From NCBI RefSeq assembly GCF_000143415.4, contig NW_003314333.1, forward strand, positions 1 through 64,000: a stretch of 64,000 nt of DNA, given 5' to 3'. Every line of letters starts with the position of its first letter. The stretch's first letter is position 1. The translations under genes were made by a program, and so were the position numbers. Positions 12,410 through 25,499 of this stretch are shown here, one piece after another. Source of the DNA: Selaginella moellendorffii (Eukaryota; Plantae; Lycopodiophyta). The notes beneath the pieces were generated by a model. The model made no database searches. It worked only from the letters and a program-made list of their open reading frames with translations, and had not been told where the DNA came from.

Positions 12410-13649
12410 TATTTTCTAGACAAGGATTCTATGCCATCGGCGGTTGTGAACATGGTCTCCTGTTCATTATTGGACGAATACAAACATCTTACTCCTGTAA
12501 TACATCTGCCCAAGGATCATGTCCTCATAGAGCTCCAATCCCTCCTCCTTCATCACGAGCTGGAGAGATTCCTTGATAGGGCCATTGTGGCAGCAGCGGC
12601 AATATAGCTGATCCATGGAAATCCTGGCCCTCTTGCCTGCAAATGCACTGCTACTAGCTACCATACTGGAGATTGCATATAAGAATGTCTGTCAAAGCCA
12701 TAGCAGCATATCAGCCACACTAATAGTAGCAAGTATATTTGCAAAGTTTTGAAAATGCCAAAACATACCTGTAGTTACAAAAAAGAACTTTGAAACTTTT
12801 ATACATAGAAATTCCTCTAAAGCACTGATGTGACTAACAAGGAAACCATAGACACCAAACATGTTTGTATATTGCTGATTTATATCTAAGGGGCAAAGTG
12901 CTGCTCTTTTGAGACAAAAGTAGCTTCCAAGTCTAACTAGTAGATGATAGTGATGCAGTCAAGTGAGTGGTTGGGGCCATTTATTGAGGCCTTATATCAA
13001 GTATAAAATCTTGACTCCATGTTATTCCATTGTCATTACACAATAGGTGAGAGCTCAAGCTACCCCTAGTGCCCTTTTGTTTGCCAAAGTTGTGGCCTAT
13101 TAAGCACCATCTTTGACCATATATTAAAGTATAGGAACTTGGTTAGGGGAATTTCAAGAAAAGGTGTAGCATAGTTGCTATACAATTTTTGTCTTTTATC
13201 ACCAGATTGTAATATTAGTATTAGAGAAGTTAATTGTGATGGTTGACCAAGAGGAACATTAGAATCTTATTATCGATGGTGGTGCCGATAATATTGCCAA
13301 TAGAGTCATAAAGGTTTGGACTATCCATAATGTTGTTCATAAGATGCAAACCCTCAATCAAATTAGCAAGAAATGCAAGAAGGATGCATATTATAACAGT
13401 TACCATATGTGGGTATGTTAAAGCACTCAAAGCTCACTCCAAATAAGACTTTCTTGGTGGATTGACTCAAGATTCCAACCTTTTTTAATGATTGTGGCAT
13501 GAATAAGTGTCTAGCAATTGCAAAGGGTTCCAAAAGTATAGAAAAGAGAGTGAAGATAAAGACCCACTCTTGAAGGAACTCTTTAGAAGTGCTTTTAAAC
13601 TATGTTAAGGTTAGGGCTAGGGGTTAATAGCTTTAGGTGAGTGAGCATA

Positions 13650-14050
13650 TATTTAAGGGGTGTTAGAGAAGAGTAATACCCACTCTCAGAAGAGAAGTTG
13701 ACTACAATACTTTCATCTGAAATAAAATGGTGCCCCACTTGAGTACTATAAGGTTCATTGGTCCTTGCCCCTTCCTAAAGGCTTAAACCTTCCCTTTGAG
13801 ATGGAAGTGGGGAGTTAGGGTACTTATATTGAATATTTAAACTATGGTGTTTCCCTTTGAGGTCTTGAACTATTATATACACCCCAAGATTTAGGATTTA
13901 GAACAAGTTTTGTTATACCTTAAAAACCTCAAGGATTAGTTGGCTAGCCAAAATTTAAGTTTAGTTTAACTCAAAAAAAGGATTGAAAGAGAGTTTAAGA
14001 ATTTGTGAAGAAATGGTTAACACCCTATTACTTGTGTAGTGAGAGTTGGT
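13650..14050 (+). mobile_element. Decayed fragment of the LTR family seen intact at 55507-56654
   Basis: aatggtgccccacttgagtac...cattggtcct..cccttcct matches 56162-56210; similarity continues to gtgtagtgag. Confidence 0.65.
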
Positions 14051-14880
14051 CTTTTTATAAGTGAAAAATCAAGCTTAATAAACAGAGTTATCTTTAAGCT
14101 TTGAATATGCTTAAATCTCTACACCTCTAATTAAAGAAAAAAATATAAAAAATTAGTGTCTTTGGCAAGATTTCTACCACTAGATTTCTTGAACAAGTTT
14201 GCAATTAATACACAAAAAGCCCTATAACTTCATGCTACCTTGGAATAGGCCCAATCTCATTTCTCATTTGTGCCACTTCTTTAGTGCCAATAGCTGTGTC
14301 ACCACTGCCAAGTGCCCTCTCTTTTCCTGGGTCCAGCCATCCTTATCCCTTACTATTGGACCAAAATCTTCATGATTTCCCAATGGCAAGATTGTGATGG
14401 GGCAAAGGTTACACACTAAATTGAGTGGTAGACCAAGTCCAAGCTATAATGTCATTCCTCCACCATCTTCCTATGCCTATAAGGAAATATTCTATGGCTT
14501 TTGCACATCACTTAGGCATTGAGAGGGCACTTGCTAACTAAAGTGCTTCTTTCTCAGTTGTTACCAGTGTGGGTATGTACTAGCCCTTCCTCAATTTGTT
14601 AAGAGATTTCAGTAGAGTATACAAGAGATAGTGGATACACAAATATTAAGCACTATATTGCTTTAGCACTTGGGTGAGCCAAGCTCCATAGTCCACAACA
14701 ATTGCCTTATCTAGGCATTTGCTGCAAGCAGCAAATCCAACACTTATTTGCTAGGTAGTGGTCCATCTAGAAGGCATTCCAATGTCACTCTTGACACTCT
14801 AGTGAAGGACTAGAGCTTTTCTTACAAGCCAATGTGAAGGATAGGGGAAAACATTCACAATTAGTGTAGTGACAAAAAAT

Positions 14881-15774
14881 TGTAAAGAATTAAAGAGAAC
14901 AACTTGAGGACAACAATTTGAATTTAGATTTCTTAAGAGGTCACCCAACCCAGTATTATTCAAATCCAAAAACACTTAACCCCAAATATCCCAAAACCTT
15001 TAACCAATTGGAAAAGGGAGTGCACTTTTATTCATAGGCCCTTTCCCTTTATATTTGAATTTTATGGATCGTCTCTCAAGTTGTTCCCTTTGGTTGCTTA
15101 CAATCCACTATGCTTTTTTGCAAGTTTATGCCCTCATTAACAAAAGTTGAGAGCCACAACTCTCTTGAGAGCCCCGCTCTCTTGACACCCTACCCCTCGA
15201 ATCAAGCTCAGTCAGAGCAAAATGGATTTGTCAAATGTCAATCAATATATGGTGCAATTTCCTTATCCAACTAACAAAGTCAGATTAGAGACCCTCTTTA
15301 ATACCAAATGTAAGTTCCTGAATTTAGACTTCCCGAGAGGCCATCTAACATAGTATTATTTAAACCGAAGGACATTTAACCCAAATATCTCAAGACCTTT
15401 AACCGATTGGAAAAGGGGGTGTATTCTTATTCATAGGCATTTTCCTTCTATATTTGAACTCTATAAATTATCTTTCAAATTGTTCTTTTTGGTTGCTTAT
15501 ATGGGATTTAAATATAAAGGAAAAATACCTATGAATAAAATTTAGTTAAGGGTATTGAAATACTTGGGGTTAAGTGTCCTTGGGTTTAAATAGTATTGGG
15601 TTGGATGATATTTCGGGAAGTCCAAACTTATAAGTTTACATTTGGTATTAGAGAAGGTCTCAAGTTTGACTCTATTGGTTGGCTAGGGGAATCGCACCAT
15701 ATGTTGATTGACATTTAGCAGTTCCAGTTTGGGTGACCTCTTGAGAAGTCCAAACTCAATCTTAAGAGCTTACA
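14881..15774. mobile_element. Composite Cassandra-type TRIM: minus-strand two-LTR element (~14919-15501) embedded in a fragmented plus-strand copy
   Basis: Reverse-complement LTRs end at 15102 and span 15309-15501. Plus-strand pieces lie at 14881-14910 and 15502-15774, with PBS tttggtattagag at 15641. Outer ends are TGTA...TACA. Confidence 0.75.
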
Positions 15775-16664
15775 TAAATGCTTTTGTGGGGCAATTGCTA
15801 AGGGCTTTGACTTTTAAGGCCCACTTAGTCAAGCTCCACTACAAGAAATAGTGGATGAAGAAATCTCAACATCAACATCAACATGAATTGCTACTTCAAA
15901 TAAATGATCTTTGAAAAAAAATTAATCTCTTTAGGATTTCCTAGAGAAAACAAGAAAATGCCAGCATCACGAGATTGTGAGACATGAATTTCTAAGCCCC
16001 AAAATAGAGCCAAAAGAGTGCTATATGGTAGTGGTTGAAGAAGTCCAACAAACATAATATGTTTGGACTAAAATCTTTAACTTGGAAAGTTGAGAGCAGG
16101 AGTGAAACTCTGAAAAAAATGCTTAAGGAATGAACATGAAGCAATCAATGAATAAGTCTTTAAAAAGGGACACAAGAAGGACTAACACATGGAAGTGTTG
16201 AGATCAAGTCTAAAAAGGAATCTGAGATAGAGTCCAAGAAAGAGTCCGAGATAGAATCCGAGGAGTCTGAGATGGAGTTCGAAGAGTCCGGGAAGGAATC
16301 TAAGACAGGGACCAAGACCAAGACCAAGACTGAGACTAGAGCCAAGACCGGGCCCAAGTCCAAGTCTGAGTCCAAGGGTGAAAGGCCAACGCAATCATCT
16401 CCTAGACCCTAGGGGGTTTGGTGAGCTGCAAAAGTATAGTGTGAGACATAAATCCCTAAGCCCCAAAGTGGAGCCGAAAGGGTGCCACATGGTAGTGGCC
16501 AAAGCAAAAGCCAAATGAGCGTAATACTTTTGGACTAAAAGCTCCGACTTGAAGAGTCGAGAGTGGGAGTGGAACTCCTGTCGGAGTGCTCAAGGAATGA
16601 ACATGAAGTGAGCAATAAAAGAGTCTCTAGAAAAGGGACACAAAAGGACCATTACATGACACGT

Positions 16665-17150
16665 GGTGGAGTCCGAGATGGAGTTTGAAATGGAGTCCAA
16701 GATGGAGTTCGAGATGGACCGAGATGGAGTCCAAGATGGACTGAGATGGAGTTTGAGATGGACCTGAGATGGAGTTTGAGATAGACCCGAGATGGAATCC
16801 GAGATGAACCTGAGATAGAATCCAAGATGGAGTCCGAGATGGACCGAGACGGAGTCTGAGGTGGAGTTCAAGATGGACCCGAGATGGAATCCAAGATGGA
16901 GTCCGAGAAGGACCTGAGATGGAGTCCAAGGTCGAGACCGAGACCGAGACTAGGACTAAGACCAAGACTGAGACTAGGACCATGACCGAGATTGAGACTA
17001 GGACCGAGACCGAGACCGGGACCGAGGCCGAGACCAAGGCCGAGCCCGAGACCAAGGCCGAGCCCGAGACCAAGGCCGAGGTTGAGACCAAGCTCGAGCT
17101 CAAGACCGAGCCCAAGCCCGAGACTAAGCCCAAGCCTGAGTCCGAGTCCA
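16665..17150. repeat. 6- and 12-bp tandem repeat array inside LTR (gagtccgagatg / gagacc units)
   Basis: Visible periodicity. Homologous arrays at 16200-16375 and 30950-31280, and a similar one at 55600-55870. Confidence 0.85.
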
Positions 17151-18377
17151 AGGGTGAAAGCCCAAAGTGTTCGTCTCCCAAACCCTGGGCGGTTTGGTGA
17201 GCTCCAAAAGTATAGTAGGGGGAGGACTCTAGTGGAGCCAATTTCACTAGGAAAGGCCAGTTTGGCCCAGGAAGGCTGTGCCCAAGTGTTGGGTGATGAG
17301 ATAACCACTGGGAAGTCCAAGGCTAGAGTGAATATGAATTGACAAGCGGGGTAGCTTAGTGAAGTGTTCAAGAGCCGGCTTTAGTTCCCCTAGGAGATCA
17401 AATGGCCGATGCTCCCAGTTCAAGTGTGGGTGGCACTACCTACTTGGATACTTGGCATGGCTCAATAGAACCTCGCTCTAAGCCCATGGCTAAAGCACCA
17501 AAATGCGGAAGGTGGGGAGAGTACCCATAAAGCTCACATAATGCCACAGTGTTCCAAAATGTTGTCCCAAAGTCCCAGACTGTGAAAAGGAAGAAGAGCA
17601 ATCCTTTAGTGCAGTGACTAAGGATATGGTCATATGGTGAGGAAGTCCCAAAGGATAATGGGACTTAGAGGTCGGGCCTGTGAGCCTTGTTCCAGTGGCA
17701 ATGTTGACGAACATAGCCATGGACAGAAAGGGACTTGGTGGGGACTGAAAAAGGGATATTGGGGAAGGTTGTTCCCCATGTTTGTGGACATCCTAAGGAT
17801 GCTAAGGAATGGATCTAGGATGACCACTCATGGACGGATGGCCTAGTTTTGAAGAGATAGGATTGTGATCCATATGGTATTGGACCACCAGTGCGGCAAA
17901 GGTGATGGGGCATGGCTTTAGTGTAATGGGCTGATATGCCCATGGTGTCAGGAATCCCCCAATTCTTGCCACATTCTTGACTCTCGCCGGATTCCTGACC
18001 TGCAGACCACATTCCTGACTCTCGAGACACTTCCCGATTCCTGAGTCTCGAGCCACATTCCTGATGATGATGTGGCGCCTCCTCAACCTCAACTATATTT
18101 AGGCCGTCCTCGATCCAAGAGTGGTGGAGCTTCATCAACCTATAGTATATATAGGTTAGCCTTGTTCCATTTCTCCACAATCTGAATCAACGCCAGTCTA
18201 AGGCTTCTTCTTTGTTTTCACTAGCTTTTTCTCTTTGTCTTTAGCATTTTCCAGCCTTGATCTTGTTGGGGGTCTTGACAGTTTGATTCAGATTGTGGTT
18301 TTTGCTTTTCTTTTAGCTCGTTTTGATTATTTGATTGCCTTTGTCTTTTTCCCCCTTTCTTTTCTTTCTTCTTGCCA

Positions 18378-19349
18378 ATGGAGTCTCCAAGCCATCTTGA
18401 TTTCTTTGCTGAAGTCCTTGCAAAAATCCAATCTGAGAATACCGAGCTGAAGGCGACCCTTCTTCGCATGCAGCAGGAGCTTGCTTCACTTTCGGCTCAA
18501 GGATCCAGCAAAGTTCCTGAACCGAAGGTGAGTTTCCCGGCAAAATTTTCAGGCAAGCGTTCGGAGCTTCGTGGATTTTTGAACCAAATGGAGCTGATCT
18601 TTGCACTTCAACATCGGCGGTACCCCACTCCCGAGTCTCAAATCGGCGCGATTGGGACGTTGCTTGAGGGTGCAGCTTTGTCATGGTTTTCTCCTCTTCT
18701 GGAGAAGAGCATGAAAGGGGTCGTGGTTCCGGAGCTAATGGATCTTCAATTGTTCAAAGAGAAGCTCGAAGCATGTTTTGGCGAGATGGATCGGGTTCGG
18801 GCTGCTACCACAAAGATGAGACGTCTCTCTCAGGGGTCTCGTCCTGCCTCGATCTACGCTGCAGAGTTCCAACTCCTTGCCTTGGACACTCAGTGGGATG
18901 AGCGGGCCCTGATTGACCAATTTTGTTTCGGCCTCAACAACGGTGTCAAGGATTTGTTGCTCACCATGGAGGATCCCAAGGACCTGTTGGATGCTATCAA
19001 CAAAGCAGTTCGATGTGACAATCGTCTCTTTGAACGTCGTCAGGAAAGTCGCCACGCCGCTGTTTTTCTGTCCCAAACTCAGGAATCCCAGCTTGAGTCT
19101 TCGGGGCATACTCCTGAACCTACTGCTCTGGTTCCGATGGATATTTCTGGTACTCCCCGACTCATTAGAGGGAAGTTGAGTCCTGCTGAGAAGCAACGTC
19201 GAATATCTCATAATCTTTGCCTCTATTGTGCTGATCCTAATCACAAAGCAGCTGTATGTCCCAAGAAGCCTCCTCGACTGCTCGAGTTCACTCTGCCTCA
19301 AAGTCCACCTCTATTGCAGTCGGGAAACGACCCTGTCCAAACAGAGTAG
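18378..19349 (+). CDS. gag: Gag protein (PEG10/sushi-like capsid + CCHC knuckle)
   Basis: PAKFSGKRSELRGFLNQ, QGSRPASIYAAEF, CLYCADPNHKAAVC; open frame. Confidence 0.9.
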   Translation: MESPSHLDFFAEVLAKIQSENTELKATLLRMQQELASLSAQGSSKVPEPKVSFPAKFSGKRSELRGFLNQMELIFALQHRRYPTPESQIGAIGTLLEGAALSWFSPLLEKSMKGVVVPELMDLQLFKEKLEACFGEMDRVRAATTKMRRLSQGSRPASIYAAEFQLLALDTQWDERALIDQFCFGLNNGVKDLLLTMEDPKDLLDAINKAVRCDNRLFERRQESRHAAVFLSQTQESQLESSGHTPEPTALVPMDISGTPRLIRGKLSPAEKQRRISHNLCLYCADPNHKAAVCPKKPPRLLEFTLPQSPPLLQSGNDPVQTE

Positions 19350-22300
19350 GAGCTGTCTATTTGGACTCCCCGAATAAAAATCACTTTTCTTCTTTATCAA
19401 GCTCCTCACCACCTTTCATCAAAGCCACCACCAATTCCCGCAACTTCCGCGTCCCATGTCTCCTTTCTTTCACCGGACAATCAGGACTCAAGGCTATGGC
19501 GTTATTGGACTCGGGTGCAACTTCCTGCTTCATGGACACGGCCTTTGCTGCCCGACATCACGTTCCTCTTTCTCCTACCATACGGGATTTGAGGGTTGAA
19601 GGCATCGGCGGGCATTTTGTGTCTCCATCTTCTGGACTTAGGGAAACGTTGCCAGTTCGAGTACACATCGGGTCCACCGTCACCGATATTGCCTTCAACA
19701 TCATCAACAGCAAGTCCTCCTCTGTGGTGCATGGTCTTCCTTGGTTCCAACTACATCAGCCTCAAATCTGTTGGAAGGAATTACAGCTCATCTCTCCCAT
19801 GGCTTCCCCTACTGTTCATCGAGTCCGAATCAGGAAAAGTTCCCTAAACTCAAATTGGGGTTCTATTCCTGACTCTATAAAGTTTTCACCCTCTTCTTTT
19901 TCCTCTCTTCCATCTTACATTGGACCGTATCCTCATCTCATCATTCCATTTAGTCGTACGCCTCCTCCTATCTCCACAATCACTATGAAAGAACTCCTTC
20001 ATGAAGAACCTCTTTTTCTTTTTGCTTTGCATGTTTTTCTTGTCAGTCTTCCTGAGAAGTATCATGATTTTGGGGATGTGTTTGACAAGAAAAAAGCTAG
20101 TGTACTGCCTGTTCATCGGCCTTATGATTGTCCCATTGATTTACAAGAAGGAGCGTCACCTCCGTGGGGGCCTATCTACGGGTTATCCCCGTCCGAGCTT
20201 AAGGCCCTCAAAGAGTACGTGGATGAGAACCTTGCCTCGGGCTACATTCAGCATTCGCAGTCCCCGGCTGGAGCGCCTGTCTTCTTTGTCAAGAAGAAGG
20301 ATGGGAGCTTGCGGCTAGTCATCGACTACCGAGGTTTGAACAAGGTGACTGTTCGGAACCGTTATCCGCTGCCCTTGATCTCGGACCTGTTGGAACGTCT
20401 CGGCGGTGCTCGCTTCTTCACCAAGATCGACCTCCGTGGAGCATACAACCTGATCCGGATCCGGCCTGGTGATGAATGGAAGACTGTGTTCCGAACCCGC
20501 TATGGCCACTTCGAGTACACTGTCATGCCATTTGGCTTGACAAATGCTCCAGCAGTTTTCCAACACATGGCAAACGACGTCTTTCGGGAGTTTCTTGATC
20601 AGATGGTGATCGTCTACCTCGATGACATCCTCATCTACTCAAAAACTCAAGAGGAGCATGACAAACATGTACGCAAGGTGCTAGCGAAGCTGCGAGAACA
20701 TAGCCTATACGTGAAGCTTGAGAAATGTTCCTTTGATCAGCAGTCTGTGGAGTTCCTTGGGTACATTGTCACTCCTGAGGGTATCACGATGGATCCTGCC
20801 AAAGTCAAGACTATTCTCTAATGGGAGCCTCCACAATCAATGTCGGACGTTCAGGTTTTCCTTGGCTTCGCCAACTTCTACCGCAAATTCATTGATCACT
20901 ACTCTGACATTGTCCTTCCTCTCACACATCTCACTTGCAAGGATGTTCCCTTCTCTTGGTCTGCTGCTGCCCAGCAGGCCTTCGACACACTTAAGGCGGC
21001 CTTCAGTTCTGCTCCTGTCTTGATCCATGCTGATTCCTCACAACCTTTATTCATCGAGGCTGATGCCTCCGACTTTGCCATTGGTGCTGTGTTGTCTCAA
21101 CTCGGAGCGGATCACGAACTTCATCCGGTCGCTTTCCATTCTCGGAAATTCCAGCCTGCGGAGATCAATTACGAAATCCACGACAAGGAGCTCCTTGCCA
21201 TCGTGGATTCCTTTGGAGAGTGGCGCCGTTTCTTGGAGGGGGCGAGCCATCAAACAACAGTCTAGATGGATCACAAAAATCTCGAGTACTTTGCCACTTC
21301 CCGAGTTTTAAGCCGTCGTCAAGCAAGGTGGGCACAATTCCTAAGTCGGTTTGACTTTGTTATCAAGTACAGACCTGGAAAGTTTCAAGACCTTTCTGAT
21401 GCTCTTTCAAGGCGCTCCTATCTCAGTCTCAGGCCTGGTAATCCTGCCTTCGATCAACAGGATCAAGTTATCCTCGGTCCTGATTGGCTTCAAGTTATGG
21501 CAATTTCCCTAGCCCCTCAGGACTCCTCCTTGATGGATGCAATCAGAAACGATCTTCAATCCGATGATCTCGCTAGCGACATTTTCCCCCATCTTCAGGC
21601 TGGACACCCAGTGACTCCCGACTGCCGGCGATTTGACGAGTTCGAGTTCTTAGATGGTTTATTGTACCGTGGGAAGCAGCTTTACGTTCCTGAAGGTGAT
21701 GCTCGAAGGTTGGTCCTGATGGCGTGCCACGATAGCCTGACTGCTGGTCACTTCGGCATTGTGAAAACCTATGAGCTAGTTGCACGGGACTTTTGGTGGC
21801 CTCACATGGACGACTACATCAAAGCTTTTGTTACCTCCTGTGACACTTGTGCCCGGAATAAGGTACCTCGCCACCTTCCTTCAGGTTTGCTTTGTTCCCT
21901 TCCGGTCCCTTCAGGTCCTTGGGAATCTATCTCCATGGATTTCTTGAGTGATCTTCCGAGTTCTAGAGGCTTCAACAGCATTTTAGTCATGGTGGATCGC
22001 TTCACAAAGATGGCACACTTCTTGCCATGTACCAAGGAGTTTTCGGGCGAGGAAATGGCAAAACTGGTATTCAGGGAAATTTTCCGACTTCATGGGATTC
22101 CTACAGATGTGGTTTCGGATCGAGGGCCTCAGTTCATCTCTCATTTCTGGCAACGGTTTTTGCAGCTGCTTGGAGTGAAGGCCAACCTCTCTTCGGCATA
22201 TCATCCTCAAACTGATGGGCAGTCCGAGCGAACGATTCAGACGTTGGAACAATTCTTGAGGTGCTTCATCAACTATCATCAGGATAACTGGTTCGATATC

Positions 22301-22960
22301 CTTCCTCTTGCTGAGTTCTCCTATAACAACTCTGTTCACTCCTCTCTTCGAGTTTCCCCCTTCTTTGCAAACTCTGGCCGAAATCCCCGATTCAATCTCT
22401 CACTTCCTTCTCCATCTGAATCCTCTCGTTCAAATCCCCGCTCTGAGGCATTTATCTCCAACCTCCAGGAAATCCACAACTCCATCTCCTTCCACCTCCA
22501 TCGTGCTCAGGAATCTCATAAAACATTTGCCAATGTCCATCTTCAGGATTGTCCCCCTTACAATATCGGGGATAAAGTCTGGCTCCTCAGGCGAAATATC
22601 TCCACCACCAGACCCTGTCCAAAACTCGATTTCAAACGCCTTGGTCCTTTCCCTATCACTGCCATCATTAATCCTGTCACTTATCGCCTTGCACTTCCCT
22701 CCTCATATCAAATTCACCCCGTTTTTCACTCCTCTCTCCTTGAGCCTTATATTCCCAGTCCTATTCCAAATCGGGTCATTCCTCCGCCTCCACCAGTGCA
22801 GCTCGAGGATGGGTCTGAGTACGAGGTTCAGGACATCCTTGATTCCAAGATTTCACGGTCTAAACTCTACTATCTGGTGGACTGGAAGGGTTACGGACCT
22901 GAGGAACGCACTTAGGAACCTGTGGACAACCTGATTCATTCTCCTGACCTTGTTCAGGAC
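19322..22960 (+). pseudogene. pol: Pol (protease, RT, RNase H, integrase, chromodomain) in the -1 frame, with in-frame stops at 20819, 21263 and 22913
   Basis: LLDSGAT, YLDD, EADASD, HHCC + ISMDF/SDRG/QSER, EYEVQDILD..YLVDWKGY. Confidence 0.92.
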
Positions 22961-25499
22961 TTCCACCGACGCTATCCTTCTCGTCCCAGTCCTCATTCTT
23001 TTTCTCCATCTCCCATCCCTCGCCGCTCATCTCATCCTCCTCTTCGTTCTCGTTCACATCCTCGTTCCACTCGTTCTTGAGGAGGGGGTGCTGTCAGGAA
23101 TCCCCCAATTCTTGCCACATTCTTGACTCTCGCCGGATTCCTGACCTGCAGACCACATTCCTGACTCTCGAGACACTTCCCTATTCCTGACTCTCGAGAC
23201 ACTTCCCTATTCCTGACTCTCGAGACACTTCCCAATTCCCGAGTCTCGAGCCACATTCCTGATGATGATGTGGCGCCTCCTCGACCTCAGCTATATTTAG
23301 GCCGTCCTCGATCCAAGAGTGGTGGAGCTTCATCAACCTATAGTATATATAGGTTAGCCTTGTTCCATTTCTCCACAATCTGAATCAACGCCAGTCTAAG
23401 GCGTCTTCTTTGTTTTCACTAGCTTTTTCTCTTTGTCTTTAGCATTTTCCAGCCTTGATCTTGTTGGGGGTCTTGACACATGGTACCTTTGAGTGTTGGT
23501 CATAGGATTGGACACGTGGAGCACTTGGATCAAGTGCAAAGGTTGAGTAGTAGGGATGTCATTCTCGGGGCTAGCAAGCCCCAAGTTCGGAATAGGACTT
23601 ATGGAGGTTGTGAGTGAGCTCTTCCAAATAATCGGAGGTGTGGTTAAGTGATTAAAGTGGAATGGAAAATTTAGTTGCTTACATATAGTAGAGGGAGGAT
23701 TCTAGTGGAACAAATTTGGCCAGGAAAGTTCAATGTGAACAAAGAAGGCTATACCCACGTGATGGGTGATGATAGAACCATTGAGGAGTTCAAGGCTAGA
23801 ATGAACATAGATGGACAGGTGGGGTAACTTAGTAAAGTGTTCAAGAGCCAATTTTAACTCCCCTGAGAGAGCAGATGGTTGGATGCTCCCAATCCAAGTG
23901 TGGGTGGCACTCCCTACTTGGATATCTAGTATGGTTCTTTGGAACCTTGCTTTAGCCACATGGCTAAAACATCTAGAAGTGGAAGGTGGGGAGATTACCT
24001 ATAAGGCCTTTTGTTAAGCTGCGGTGTTTCAATAAATCATTCTAAAGTCTTGAATTGTGGAAAAGAAGAAGAGCAATCCTTTTGTGTAGTGATTAAGGAT
24101 ATGGTCACATGGCAAGAAAGTCCTAAAGGTCAATAGGACTTAGTGGTCAGGCCTTCAACCCTTGACCCAATGGTGGTGTTCGTAAGCACAGCTATAAATC
24201 GAAAGAGATTTAGTAAGGACCGAAGAAGGGATATTGGGGAAAAGTGTTCCTTATGTCTCTAGGCATCTTAAGAATGCCAAGGTGTGATCATGGGATGTCC
24301 ACTCATGGATAGATGGCTCAGTCTTTGGGAGATAAAACTATGGTACAGGTGGTCTTGGACTACCTATGGAACAAAAGTGAATGGATATAGCCTTAATATA
24401 ATAGGCTAATATATCAATGGTACCTTTGGGTGTTTATTATAGGATTGAAAACATAAAGCACTTAGACCAAGTGCAAAGACAAAGTGGCATAAATGCTATT
24501 CATGGGATTAGCATGTTCCCGAAGTCGAGAATAAAACTTATGAAGGTTCTGCTCCAAGTGGTCAATTATATGGTTAAGTTGCTAAAGTAGAATAGAAAAT
24601 TTTGTTGTTTACAATTTGGTATCGGAGTTGTTCTTTATTCTGACTCTTATTGGTGGTTAAATATATCACCACTTGATATCAGCATCAGAAGGTCCCAAGA
24701 TTGAGTCTATCCTTAAGAAGTAACATGTCGAAAAGGCATGACTCTCCACTTGAGTTTGTATATGAACATGTATGCAATGTGGTGGATAAAAAGAGGTGGG
24801 AAATATAATTTATACAATATAAGTGTTGGGCCTATTTGCAAACCACATAGTCTGGATCACATACTCAAGGACAAACAAGGTTCTTCTTGCTGACAGCTGA
24901 TTCTACTGCGAGTCTAAAGTTTATGTTGTGAGAATAACGATCCATGGAAACAAGAGTGTTTTGGAGGTCTGTGGTAGTCCATGTGGCAGAAGTACTCACT
25001 CAAATCCCTTGCAGGTGACTGGCGTGCCTAGAGTGCTGCCCATTGTCCATGCGCAAAGCGTTACCCAAAGTTCAAAGAGCATAGCGGCCCCAAGATTATA
25101 CCTGCTATACAGGCCTGAGCCAAGCCAAGTGCTATGACCAAGCGGGACTCGTGGCAAAGGTTGGGATATAGAAGCACACATCCCTCCAATGTTTCACTCT
25201 CTCATTTGCTAGGCCGGGCCGAATTGCTCTCACTCTGCACAGTGAGGAATGGAATCCATTTTACTCTTGAGTGAAAAGTACATAGTTTTTAAATTTACAC
25301 TCTCAATCAATTTCGACATGAAGACCTCGATGAAGCCCCACTTACTCTGCACCGTCTTTGTTGCAGATAACATCCCTGGCTTCATATGCCGCTAACAGTG
25401 GTTGTAGCCAGGCCTCGCAGGCTTTCGAGAAGATGGCATGGACGTGGTTTCAGGCAAGTGTGTTACCATGATGTTCTCCCAAACTTTTCAAAGCTTTAT

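Larger units (their letters stand above)
17946..23478 (+). mobile_element. Near-complete chromodomain-bearing Ty3/Gypsy retrotransposon (Tcn1/Tf1-sushi-like chromovirus); LTRs 17946-18280 and 23092-23478
   Basis: TG...CA LTRs, perfect TSD CATGG, PPT gaggaggggg at 23079-23088, and domain order gag-PR-RT-RH-IN-chromo. Confidence 0.95.
16440..23683 (+). mobile_element. Solo LTR of family X (pieces 16440-17945 and 23479-23683) inserted into an LTR of its own family
   Basis: TGTGAGAC...GCTTACA flanked by a perfect TSD TATAG (16435-16439, 23684-23688). Confidence 0.85.
15976..24613 (+). mobile_element. Old LTR (family X; pieces 15976-16439 and 23684-24613) followed by a tRNA-iMet-type PBS, interrupted by nested insertions
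   Basis: Starts TGTGAGAC, ends TTTACA followed by atttggtatcggag. Homologous along its length to 16440-23683 and to the reverse complement of 29914-31511. Confidence 0.75.

Noticed and set aside
12430-13600. Possible gene fragment and hAT transposase remnant on the minus strand
   Set aside because: Only a weak YPH..C-like resemblance; too decayed to support a call.
15837-15848. CACTACAAGAAA as a CACTA terminal repeat
   Set aside because: No matching opposite end or TSD was found, and it reads as part of a decayed coding stretch.
16160-17371. ORFs with ESE/ETE/RPRP/LGLG repeats (also 30766-31538 and 55532-56194)
   Set aside because: They are translations of 6/12-bp tandem repeats inside LTRs.
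20819-22915. Programmed stop readthrough or RNA editing in pol and LINE ORFs
   Set aside because: The stops are scattered, and many are single transitions from TGG/CAG/CGA, consistent with mutational decay.
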